Below, one piece after another: positions 41,096-50,779 of a stretch of 64,000 nucleotides of DNA (within the stretch, counting starts at the first letter, position 1; the number at the start of each line of letters is the position of its first letter). Source of the stretch: Octopus vulgaris (Eukaryota); contig OX597814.1 of assembly GCA_951406725.2 (NCBI GenBank), positions 146,258,001 to 146,322,000 on the forward strand. Direction: 5' to 3'. The notes under the pieces were generated by a model. That model did no database searches. It saw nothing but the letters and a program-made list of their open reading frames with translations, and was not told the DNA's origin. The position numbers and the translations under genes were made by a program.

Positions 41096-42095
41096 CATAC
41101 ATACACACAAACGCACAGATAGACACATGTATATATTTTATAAATGTATTGTGTGAATGGTCGCGTAGGCGTATGGGTTTTTTTGAAACTATCTTGTTTG
41201 TTGCTCTGAAAAACAAATGCTATTTTATTCTTTTAATAAAAGTTTGAAAATTAAAATGAAATTCAAGAATTGCGTACAATATTTTATTTTAATTTCGTGC
41301 ATGGGAAGAAGATATTACTTTTAAGTAAAAACGAAATTAATCTTATCCAGGATGAGATTAAATAAATATAATTTTAATTTCTTTTGAGGATACTTGTGGC
41401 AAGCAGGAACAATATCCTTGATCGTTAAAAGCCGTGAACAAAATTACTCTTAATAATATAGTGCGTCAACAAGCTGGAAACATTCTGCCTTCAATCATCC
41501 CTTGGAGGATAGATATAAGATCAATTATCGCTAAGTGAAAACTGTTTCCGAATCACACACTTCCTACAAATATAAATAGTTATTACTCACGTGCATACAA
41601 GATATTTGCTATGCTATTTTGAAATGTTTTAACAGCTTCTCAGATCATTGTGTTAAAATAGAAACATTAAAAAATTGTTTACACTTTCACTTGTTTGTCA
41701 TGAATTTCTACGCTTGTATGTTAATATTATGCTGGCTACATCATCTAACACCATCAATGCAGGTTTAAAATTTATTTATTTTTCAATTAACATTTATTCG
41801 ACGCTTAAGAGGTGCACTTTTGTTCCCGGAAAACAAGGGATCATATCACAAAACTTCATTAGTTATTTAGAATTTTCCTATTAACATCTCGTAAACACAC
41901 ATCAAGTTACAAATGTTTCAAGCCATATGATTATGGTAGATGTTGATAGCTAATTATGGTGTCATCCACGACAAAAGACGCAATATATCATAGTGTACAA
42001 GCTGTACTCCGAGCGGCAAGGCAAATCGTAGGCAAGCAATTCGTTACGTGGGTTTCAACGTGGTGAGAGGGGCGCCAGAAAAGCTTCATATATAT

Positions 42096-42516
42096 ATTAA
42101 TCAAAATAAAAACATGACGCCAAGAATTCAGTGGTACATATGATTTGGGCATTTATTAGACGGATTTATAACAATGCATAATGTGTGTCTATGGCCTTCT
42201 TCAGTCGCGCACAATTACTACTTCAAGGACATGTATTACATCAAAAATTCTACGTTGGGGATGCAAATCCTCTCTGTCGCTTACGACATAATGTGGCGTA
42301 CGAAATATGCTGGAGCCACATTATGTCGTATGCGACTGAGAGGATTTGCATCCCCAACGTAGAATTCTTGATGTAATACATATCCTTGAAGTAGTAACTG
42401 TGCGCGGCTGAAGAAGGCCATAGACACACATTATGCATTGTTATAAATCCGTCTAATAAAGGCCCGAAACATATGTACCGCTGAATTCTTGGCATCATGT
42501 TTTTATTTTGATTAAT
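42096..42516. mobile_element. 421-bp fold-back element: 202-bp inverted arms, 17-nt loop, outward HHR motifs
   Basis: Arms 42096-42297 and 42315-42516 are colinear without indels; the left end abuts (TA)n. Confidence 0.9.
42404..42481 (+). ncRNA. Type I hammerhead ribozyme with extended stem II
   Basis: GCGG-CTGAAGA-A-GGCC-A-TAGAC...GTCTA-ATAAA-GGCC-C-GAAAC-ATAT-GTA-CCGC; predicted GUA cleavage triplet. Confidence 0.75.
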
Positions 42517-42583
42517 TTAGTCCACCACCTACACCACCAAATGGTATATACAGGTGCTTACAATTATCAAGTACTCACCCTGA

Positions 42584-42674
<91 letters not shown>

Positions 42675-42675
<1 letters not shown>

Positions 42676-43092
42676 GAAAAGGTTTGCTTCGAAACGACAT
42701 TGTTCCAGGTTTAATCCTACCGCGTGAAACATTGAGCAATCGTCTTCTGTTATAGATTCGGGTCCACCGAAGCCCCGTGAGCGGATTTATTAGACGGAAA
42801 CTAAAAGAAGCCCTGTCGTATATATGCATATATGTTCATATATACGCGTGTGTCTTTGTGCATGTGCTTGCCCCCTCCCCCAAAGTGTTTGCTCCCTCCC
42901 CACCGATGCCGGTTGACAACCGGTATTGGTGGGTTTACGTTCCCGTAAAGCAGCAGTTCGAAATAGGGACCGCAAGAATAAGTACCAGGCTTAAAAAAAA
43001 GAGAAAATAAATCATGGTATCGATTTGTTTGACTAAATCCTTTCAAGGTAGTCCTCTCGCATGGCCGCACTAAAATGACAAATATAAGTAAA
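42675..43092 (+). mobile_element. SINE family A, diverged
   Basis: Family landmarks. Confidence 0.75.
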
Positions 43093-43131
43093 GGAATAAT
43101 ATGTTACCTCGTGAGTACCGTAGGCGAGTTT

Positions 43132-43270
43132 CTTCCTCTGTCTTCCCTTCTCGGGATCTTTCCTTCTCCTATGTTTCCGACGAAGAGCTCCGCTCGAAAC
43201 GTTAAAGCCTCCTTCTTCCCTTCTTTCCAGAGCGTCCAATAATACTTTATTTGTTCAACGTCCTCATTTG
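43132..43270 (+). mobile_element. Third copy of the 23.5-kb HHR repeat (motif intact at about 43173-43206)
   Basis: gtttccgacgaagagctccgctcgaaacgttaaa is identical to 23529-23562. Confidence 0.78.
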
Positions 43271-43278
43271 TTATAGCC

Positions 43279-43440
43279 TCAGGTGTGGCTGTGTCGTAAA
43301 AAGCAGACTTCCAAACCTCATGGTTCCCACGTCAGTTCTACTGCGCGGAAACTTAGGCTAGTCTTTTTACTATAGCCTCGGTCTGACCTAAGATTTGCAA
43401 GTGAATTTATTAGGCGGAATCTGAAAGTAGCCCGTCATAT
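43279..43440 (+). mobile_element. SINE family A, 5' half
   Basis: caggtgtggctgtgtcgtaa...ctatagcctcggtctgacc. Confidence 0.7.
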
Positions 43441-43577
43441 ACGTTTATAGAGTCAGCCACAACCACCAGCAACGACGACGATACAAAACTATGACAGGCG
43501 GTCAAGGATTCTACCGACATCAAAACACATGGGCTACTGGGCGAGATTAAAGGAACTGGGAGTCCACTACCTGGAGA

Positions 43578-43581
43578 TATG

Positions 43582-43640
<59 letters not shown>

Positions 43641-43641
43641 C

Positions 43642-43708
<67 letters not shown>

Positions 43709-43713
43709 TAATC

Positions 43714-43786
<73 letters not shown>

Positions 43787-43832
43787 TAATAATAATAATA
43801 ATAATAATAATGATAATAATAATAATAATAAT

Positions 43833-43927
<95 letters not shown>

Positions 43928-43939
43928 CAACAACAACAT
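43578..43939. repeat. (AAT)n microsatellite, about 360 bp
   Basis: Direct reading. Confidence 0.97.
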
Positions 43940-44112
43940 CGAAAAATACCTTAGGAATGAGAACCCGGGTTCGAAATTTCTCCTAAGACACCTGATGAAG
44001 GCCGGTGGGTATATCAACCAAACCTTTGTGATAACAACAAACAAGATGAGTACAAATATCACTCAATTGTAAATAATGTAAATAATATACATACTCATCT
44101 CTTAAATATAGA
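43940..44112 (+). mobile_element. Short repeat with degenerate hammerhead-like motif abutting (AAT)n (possible PLE pseudo-LTR)
   Basis: ACAC-CTGATGA-A-GGCCG-gtgggtatat-CAACC-AAAC-CTTT-GTG; GAAA core and stem II decayed. Confidence 0.45.
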
Positions 44113-44524
44113 AATGAATGGATGGTCTAGCTCCAAATTTCAGAATCGAAATCTACAACAATCCCCGAACTTGACGGCACTGCACAGTACCAAAGGTCCC
44201 ATGTTCTCCATCGAGGACACGAACCCAATAATAATAGCTTGGGATTCTCGAGATCTGCGAGGGGTAGACATGGAAGTCTTCTAAAAAATGTTTAGACAAA
44301 AGTTAAATGCTGTGGTAGATTTATCAAAATGGTACCCCAGCGTGGCCGCTGCCGCAGGAGCCTTAAATATATAAAATAACAGATGTGCGTGTATATATTC
44401 ATATGTGTATATACGCATGTATATATATATACACGCACCCGCGCTTACATAACATATATGTATATATATATATATGGATATATACCTATACATGTATATG
44501 TATATGTATATAAACATGCACATA

Positions 44525-44594
<70 letters not shown>

Positions 44595-44991
44595 GGCGCA
44601 GGAGTGGCTGTGTGGTAAGTAACTTGTTTACCAACCACATGGTTGCGGGTTCAGTCCCACTGTGTGGCAACTAGGGCAAGTGTCTTCTACTATAGCCTCG
44701 GGCCGACCAAAGCCTTGTGAGTGAATTTGGTAGCCGGAAATTGAAAGAACCCATCGTATATATATATACATGAGTGTGTGTTTTTGTGTGTCTGTGTTTG
44801 TCCCCCTAGCATTGCTTGACAACCGATGCTGGTGTGTTTATGTCCCCGTTACTTAGCGGTTCGGCAAAAGAGACCGATAGAATAAGTACTGGGCTTACAA
44901 GAGAAGTCCCGGGGTTGAGTTGCTCGATTAAAGGCGGTGTTCCAGCATGGCCGCAGACAAATGACTGAAACAAGTTAAAGAGTAAAAGAGA

Positions 44992-44993
<2 letters not shown>
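44595..44993 (+). mobile_element. SINE family A, near full length
   Basis: A and B boxes, central microsatellite, tail. Confidence 0.92.
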
Positions 44994-45050
<57 letters not shown>

Positions 45051-45559
45051 TATATACACACACATTTATATATATATACACACATATATGTCAATTGGCA
45101 GGGAGGGAGAGAAATAGAGGAAAAGAGAGAGAGAGAGACAGAGACAGAGAGAGAATCGCGTGTGTATGAGTGGTAGGTTCACATTAGAACACACACGAAG
45201 GATCAATGTATTTACTTACGTCAGATGTCACTGATAAACAGCTGTTTTCAGGCGGGGAACTATTTATTACTATCTTGATATTACGTCAGTGTCGTTTGAT
45301 AAAATCTGAATTACATTTCTATTTGGAACTGCACTCTTTAGCATTAACGCAGCATCTACCAAACGATGTTTACACAAACTGTGCCGGCAAGTGCAATTAC
45401 GAAAAGCTATGAACATTATACAAAATCTACTCTCTTCGTAATTAAATCTTAAAATCCTTTTGAAACAATAACGGAAGATATTATTGGATACCCTCTTTCA
45501 TATACTTCTCCGAAACTCCTTGCCTCACTCTCATGTTCTCTACAAACACATGCATGAAG

Positions 45560-45564
45560 ACACG

Positions 45565-45625
<61 letters not shown>

Positions 45626-45692
45626 GTATAAATATGTATAAATGTATGTTTTTATATATATATATATATGTGTGTGTATGTATATATATATG

Positions 45693-45754
<62 letters not shown>

Positions 45755-45764
45755 TATATGTATG

Positions 45765-45807
<43 letters not shown>

Positions 45808-45815
45808 ATATGTAT

Positions 45816-45846
<31 letters not shown>

Positions 45847-45856
45847 TATATATATG

Positions 45857-45905
<49 letters not shown>

Positions 45906-45914
45906 GTGTGTGTG
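45560..45914. repeat. (CA)n/(TA)n compound microsatellite flanking the palindrome
   Basis: Direct reading. Confidence 0.95.
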
Positions 45915-46067
45915 ATTGTGTATAGAAGAATATATTAATAAAAAGAATTCCAACCTTGTCTGATTTTCACGTTTTATTTACAATCTTATAATGATATATT
46001 ATAAGATAATATATTATAATTGAATAAAATAAAATGAAATAGTAGAATGTTAAATATTCATTCTGAT

Positions 46068-46112
46068 TGAACTAGTATTTTCATGCATTGAATTCTGCAA
46101 TCTTCGGGTTCA
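46068..46112 (-). ncRNA. Minimal hammerhead-like motif, left arm (stem III palindrome broken)
   Basis: Mirror of 53508-53552 but reads GAAAATACTA. Confidence 0.5.
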
Positions 46113-46606
46113 TGTAGTAGTGTTGACAGTCATGCTTCACAATTTTTGACTGTAGCAAGATGAGTGATTCTGTGCTATAAATACAGCTGGGTAGGCTCCA
46201 GAGTGCTAGGTTTTGCAAACTGTATTCTGACCAATCAGTGTGTAGTATCACTCAATTACTTAAGCTGATTGGTTGGTTGAGCTGATTGGTTTAGGCATCA
46301 CGCTTTGTTGGACAGGTCAAGAGTCCTGTATCTTGACCCTGGCCGAAGCAGCAATTGTTGGGTTATTTTTAGAAATGTTGTAAATATCCTTTGTCAGAGA
46401 TTTTTATATTTTTATATTTCAATTGTCATCATCATCATTGTCAGCACCTTAATTATTGTTGCTAGTGGTGATGGTGGTGGCAATAGAACTTTTAACCCTA
46501 AATAAGATAATTTTCCTGCTATCTTCGTCTTGATCACCTTTAGTATTGTTGTTGTTGTTAGTGGTCATGGTCGTAGCAGTGGAAGTAATACCTCTAAGTA
46601 TTATTA

Positions 46607-47086
46607 TTATTGCTTATTTAGCTTGGGTTCGAATTTATCAATAAAATTCTTTTCTCTGATTTTCCTCTCGATTTCACTTGGGCTGTGTAATTTGTAGAAT
46701 GGAAATATTATATATATTTTCCGACCACATGTTGCTAGGTGGTTACTCAAAGGTATCTGACGGACCTCTGGGTCTCTAATCTGTTGCCGGTGTACACGTG
46801 AGCGTTCTAATAGTGCGTTTCCCGTCTGACCTACATATATTTCTTCACAATTTGGGCATTTGATGCAGTAAATTAAATTTCTGCTTTTGCAGTTCATATT
46901 CGCGTTTGTGAATATTTTCCCGGTTTTTGTGTTTATATATTGACCGGTATGTATGAATTGGCATGTGCCACATCGGCTATCATTGCATTTAGATACCGTG
47001 AATGTTTGGTCTTTGTTGCTGAGGTCAAATTTTGCCTTTGTTAGTAATGTTTTCAAGTTTTTAGGCTGTCTTTTACTAAGCACCAT
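46607..47086 (-). CDS. PLE Cys-rich linker and GIY-YIG endonuclease, separated from RT by an in-frame TAA
   Basis: RQPKNL, CxxxxCxxC, NLIYCIKCPNC..IYVGQT, ER..H, NH, RE..FI motifs. Confidence 0.9.
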   Translation of the reverse strand: MVLSKRQPKNLKTLLTKAKFDLSNKDQTFTVSKCNDSRCGTCQFIHTGQYINTKTGKIFTNANMNCKSRNLIYCIKCPNCEEIYVGQTGNALLERSRVHRQQIRDPEVRQIPLSNHLATCGRKIYIIFPFYKLHSPSEIERKIREKNFIDKFEPKLNKQ

Positions 47087-47110
47087 AGCTCGATCCTTGA
47101 TTATGTCTTT

Positions 47111-48934
47111 TTATTCATTACTTTGGGCAATGATTGGTAGGTTTGCTTTGGCAATGTTGAAGATATTCTGGTGACATGGGTTGTGTGTCACTATGAATGG
47201 TATGACTTGTTCTTGTTTTCCTCTTCCTTGGGTTGTCTTAAGTTGTTGTATAGGTATTTTTATAGCCCGCTGTATGCCATTTTCTATAAGTAGAGATGGG
47301 TATTTTTGTTTGAGCAAAAATTCTCTTAGTTCTATTAGGCGTTTGTTCCTGATATTTGCATCTTCTACAATAGTACAAATTCTTCTGGCTAGGCAGTATG
47401 GGATGTTACGTTTTGTATGTGGTGGATGGCACGACTTAAAATTTAGGTATTGATGTGTGTCTGTGTGTTTATAGTATATATCTGTGGTGATGGTGGTGTC
47501 TTTTTTAATTACCATTATATCCAGGAATGGTAATTTGGTACTACTCATCTCCTTTGTAAATTTGAGAGATGGGTGTAGGTTGTTCAGGAGGATATTGAAC
47601 TCTTCCAGAGTATTTAGAGATTCTGTCCAGATTATGAAACAGTCGTCTAGGTATCTCTTCCATGCCTTTTCAATATACTTTCTAAATCCAGTGCCATAGT
47701 TTACCTCCACCTCTTGGTAGAGTTGTTCTTCTAAGTATCCCATTACAGAGTTGGCGTAAACGGGAGCAAACCTCGTTCCCATCGCCGTGCCTCTAATTTG
47801 GATGTAATTCTTTCCATTGAAGAAGAATGTGTTATTTTCTAGAATAAGTTTGACTGTGTCTAATATAAATGGCACTGTGAATCTGCTGGGAATCACTTCT
47901 CTATGTTTTTCTAACCAGTATTTAATCGCCTTTATTCCTAAATCGTGTGGAATATTGGTGTAGAGGCTTACCACATCAAAACTTAGCAAAACTGAATTTG
48001 TTTCTGTTGTTTTGGGAAGATGGGACAGGAAGTCGATGTCATCCCTGATGAAACTTGGTATGTAAGTACATAGTGGTTTCAAAACAATGTCAATAAAATT
48101 GCTTAGACGGTGTGTAGGGCATGCTGGACCAGCTATAATAGGTCTAAGTTTTAGGTCTTTTGGATGTAATAATTTTATGTACTCACTTTCTTGTTCTTTT
48201 ACTGCCTGTTGAATGATTTTTGATTTGTGTATTTTTGGTAAGCCGTAGAAGTTGCTGGGTTTTGGTTCAAAATTGGTGATGTAGTCTTTTTCATTATCCG
48301 TAAGTGAGTTGTGGTGTGTTGAAATCAGGTTGTTGATCTTTTTCATGATGTGGTGGTCTATATTTGCGGGTATTTCACAATAGAAGGTTGTATCCTTCAG
48401 TTGGTCTTCAACCAAATCCTTATAGTATTCGGTATCCATAATAACAATTGCACCACCTTTATCTGCTTGTTTAATTATTATTGTTTGATCGTTTTGTATA
48501 CGTTTACATGCAGACATCTCTGATTTGCTAATGTTTGGCCTAACATTGGTATTGCGTCTAAGGGGAAATTTAGACAGGATATCAATGTATTGGTAAAGGT
48601 AGTTATTTCTTCCTTTTGGTGGGGTGAAATTTGATTTATTCCTTACTAGGGATTCATCAATCTCATTACTTTTGTTAGCGAAGAATTCTACAAGTCGTAA
48701 TTTTCGACAGAATTTTTGGATATCCTCCTTTAATTCTTGGTGGTTGGCTGTTGGTGTAGGTGTGAATTTCAGTCCTTTTGACAGAAGTTGGATTTCATCA
48801 TTGTCAAGATCTCTTTTTGATAAATTAATTATTTTAGGATCTATACGTTCAGTTGTTTGGGGTATGTTTCCTCTTGGATTTTTTCTTTCTCCGGTGTTTG
48901 TTGTCCTGACGTAAAAAAATGGATTTTTTTCTGG
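47111..48934 (-). CDS. PLE reverse transcriptase (frame open from 48934; first ATG at 48517)
   Basis: IINLS..LLSKGLKFTP, ADKGG, FYGLPKIHK, RPII, SFDVVSLYTNIP, GTAMG, RYLDD, LPFLD, YL...SCHP. Confidence 0.95.
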   Translation of the reverse strand, partial: PEKNPFFYVRTTNTGERKNPRGNIPQTTERIDPKIINLSKRDLDNDEIQLLSKGLKFTPTPTANHQELKEDIQKFCRKLRLVEFFANKSNEIDESLVRNKSNFTPPKGRNNYLYQYIDILSKFPLRRNTNVRPNISKSEMSACKRIQNDQTIIIKQADKGGAIVIMDTEYYKDLVEDQLKDTTFYCEIPANIDHHIMKKINNLISTHHNSLTDNEKDYITNFEPKPSNFYGLPKIHKSKIIQQAVKEQESEYIKLLHPKDLKLRPIIAGPACPTHRLSNFIDIVLKPLCTYIPSFIRDDIDFLSHLPKTTETNSVLLSFDVVSLYTNIPHDLGIKAIKYWLEKHREVIPSRFTVPFILDTVKLILENNTFFFNGKNYIQIRGTAMGTRFAPVYANSVMGYLEEQLYQEVEVNYGTGFRKYIEKAWKRYLDDCFIIWTESLNTLEEFNILLNNLHPSLKFTKEMSSTKLPFLDIMVIKKDTTITTDIYYKHTDTHQYLNFKSCHPPHTKRNIPYCLARRICTIVEDANIRNKRLIELREFLLKQKYPSLLIENGIQRAIKIPIQQLKTTQGRGKQEQVIPFIVTHNPCHQNIFNIAKANLPIIAQSNE

Positions 48935-50085
48935 TTATGATTTATATTCCTGTTGATGTTTGCTTGATGAATTTTGCGTTTTGGTTGTGGTACTTTACTT
49001 GGTTTCGTTATGTTTTCTGTCTTGTTTTTGGTATTATGTATGCTACTTTTCAATTTCTTGTTAGCATTGTTTTTAACCACCTGGAGAAATGATCTGGGTT
49101 TACTTCTAGATCTAGATCGGTTTTTTGTCCAGTTTCTTGTGGGTAATCTCTGTTGAGGTCTTGAAAATGATCTCCTGTTATTTCTACTGCTAATGGTCTG
49201 TTCAAAACAATATCTATTTTGTTTGTGCTTTTTGTTCATGTTGTGTGCATTAGGGTGTTTGCATACAAAATGGGAAGAGTTCTTACCGTAGTTCGTCTTC
49301 GATTCGTGGTGAAACGGGTGTTCATGTTGCCACGTGTTCTGGTGTATGTTGCGTTGGTGAGGTTGTCCACTTTTAATGCTATTTCTCGGAGTTCTGGTGT
49401 CTTTACCGTAATTTGTAGCATATTTGTCGAGAAATAATTGTTTCCGCTGCCAAAACTTTCTTGATCTGCTTTCTTCTTTTGAGATATCTCTGATCCATAG
49501 TTCTCGCATTTTTTCTGCTATATTGCCGGTCGTTAGTTTGGATATTTCATCTCTGATTTGATCATCGATAGCTTCGTATTTGGCTTTGTAGCGGGATTGT
49601 TTAGACAGGGTAATGGAGATGTCGGTCCTGAATTTTATCAAACTAAGGTCCCATCGAAGTTTAGTTTCTTCCTCTGGTTCTCCTGCAATTTCTTTAATTA
49701 GGTACTTCCGAGGAAGTATGGGTGCCGCTAAAGATATCCATTTCGAAAGTATTTCAGCATATTTTTCGCATTTATATGCCTTCCAGAAGTTTTGTTTTCT
49801 TATGTTAAGGAGTTTTTTCCATGTCTTCTGTATCTCTTCTCTTTTTCGGTGTGCCTCTTTTTCCAGATTTCTTTCGTTTATTTCTGACATCCAAGGAGGT
49901 TGTGGTAGGCTTTCTCTTGTAGATTTTATAATTGTTGGTATCATTTCAGCTAAATTCTTAATTTCAGTGTTTATGTGTTCATTTCCAAGTTTTCCGTCTG
50001 TAGACTGTTTTTCTATTTCCTTTAAAATAGAGGATTGTGTGTCAATCATCGTGATGAGTGTTGATAATTTCGATGAAATTTCCAT
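48841..50085 (-). CDS. PLE upstream ORF (at least 414 aa): helical, coiled-coil-like N half and basic low-complexity C half; 5' end may be truncated by the fold-back
   Basis: Stop-free across spacer and left arm. Codons upstream of the ATG at 50085 are only the antisense of the right arm. Confidence 0.72.
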   Translation of the reverse strand: MEISSKLSTLITMIDTQSSILKEIEKQSTDGKLGNEHINTEIKNLAEMIPTIIKSTRESLPQPPWMSEINERNLEKEAHRKREEIQKTWKKLLNIRKQNFWKAYKCEKYAEILSKWISLAAPILPRKYLIKEIAGEPEEETKLRWDLSLIKFRTDISITLSKQSRYKAKYEAIDDQIRDEISKLTTGNIAEKMRELWIRDISKEESRSRKFWQRKQLFLDKYATNYGKDTRTPRNSIKSGQPHQRNIHQNTWQHEHPFHHESKTNYGKNSSHFVCKHPNAHNMNKKHKQNRYCFEQTISSRNNRRSFSRPQQRLPTRNWTKNRSRSRSKPRSFLQVVKNNANKKLKSSIHNTKNKTENITKPSKVPQPKRKIHQANINRNINHNQKKIHFFTSGQQTPEKEKIQEETYPKQLNV

Positions 50086-50779
50086 AACGACCGGCAATAT
50101 AGCAGAAAAAATGCGAGAACTATGGATCAGAGATATCTCAAAAGAAGAAAGCAGATCAAGAAAGTTTTGGCAGCGGAAACAATTATTTCTCGACAAATAT
50201 GCTACAAATTACGGTAAAGACACCAGAACTCCGAGAAATAGCATTAAAAGTGGACAACCTCACCAACGCAACATACACCAGAACACGTGGCAACATGAAC
50301 ACCCGTTTCACCACGAATCGAAGACGAACTACGGTAAGAACTCTTCCCATTTTGTATGCAAACACCCTAATGCACACAACATGAACAAAAAGCACAAACA
50401 AAATAGATATTGTTTTGAACAGACCATTAGCAGTAGAAATAACAGGAGATCATTTTCAAGACCTCAACAGAGATTACCCACAAGAAACTGGACAAAAAAC
50501 CGATCTAGATCTAGAAGTAAACCCAGATCATTTCTCCAGGTGGTTAAAAACAATGCTAACAAGAAATTGAAAAGTAGCATACATAATACCAAAAACAAGA
50601 CAGAAAACATAACGAAACCAAGTAAAGTACCACAACCAAAACGCAAAATTCATCAAGCAAACATCAACAGGAATATAAATCATAACCAGAAAAAAATCCA
50701 TTTTTTTACGTCAGGACAACAAACACCGGAGAAAGAAAAAATCCAAGAGGAAACATACCCCAAACAACTGAACGTATAG
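50085..50779 (+). CDS. 5'-truncated copy of the PLE upstream ORF (right arm)
   Basis: TTGNIAEK...YPKQLNV is identical to the left-arm product. Confidence 0.65.

Noticed and set aside
43410-44062. Poly-Ile and poly-Leu ORFs
   Set aside because: Translation of (AAT)n.
50086-50196. Annotated N-terminal 37 codons of the 451-aa ORF
   Set aside because: This is the antisense of the right arm, created by the inversion, and not native coding sequence.
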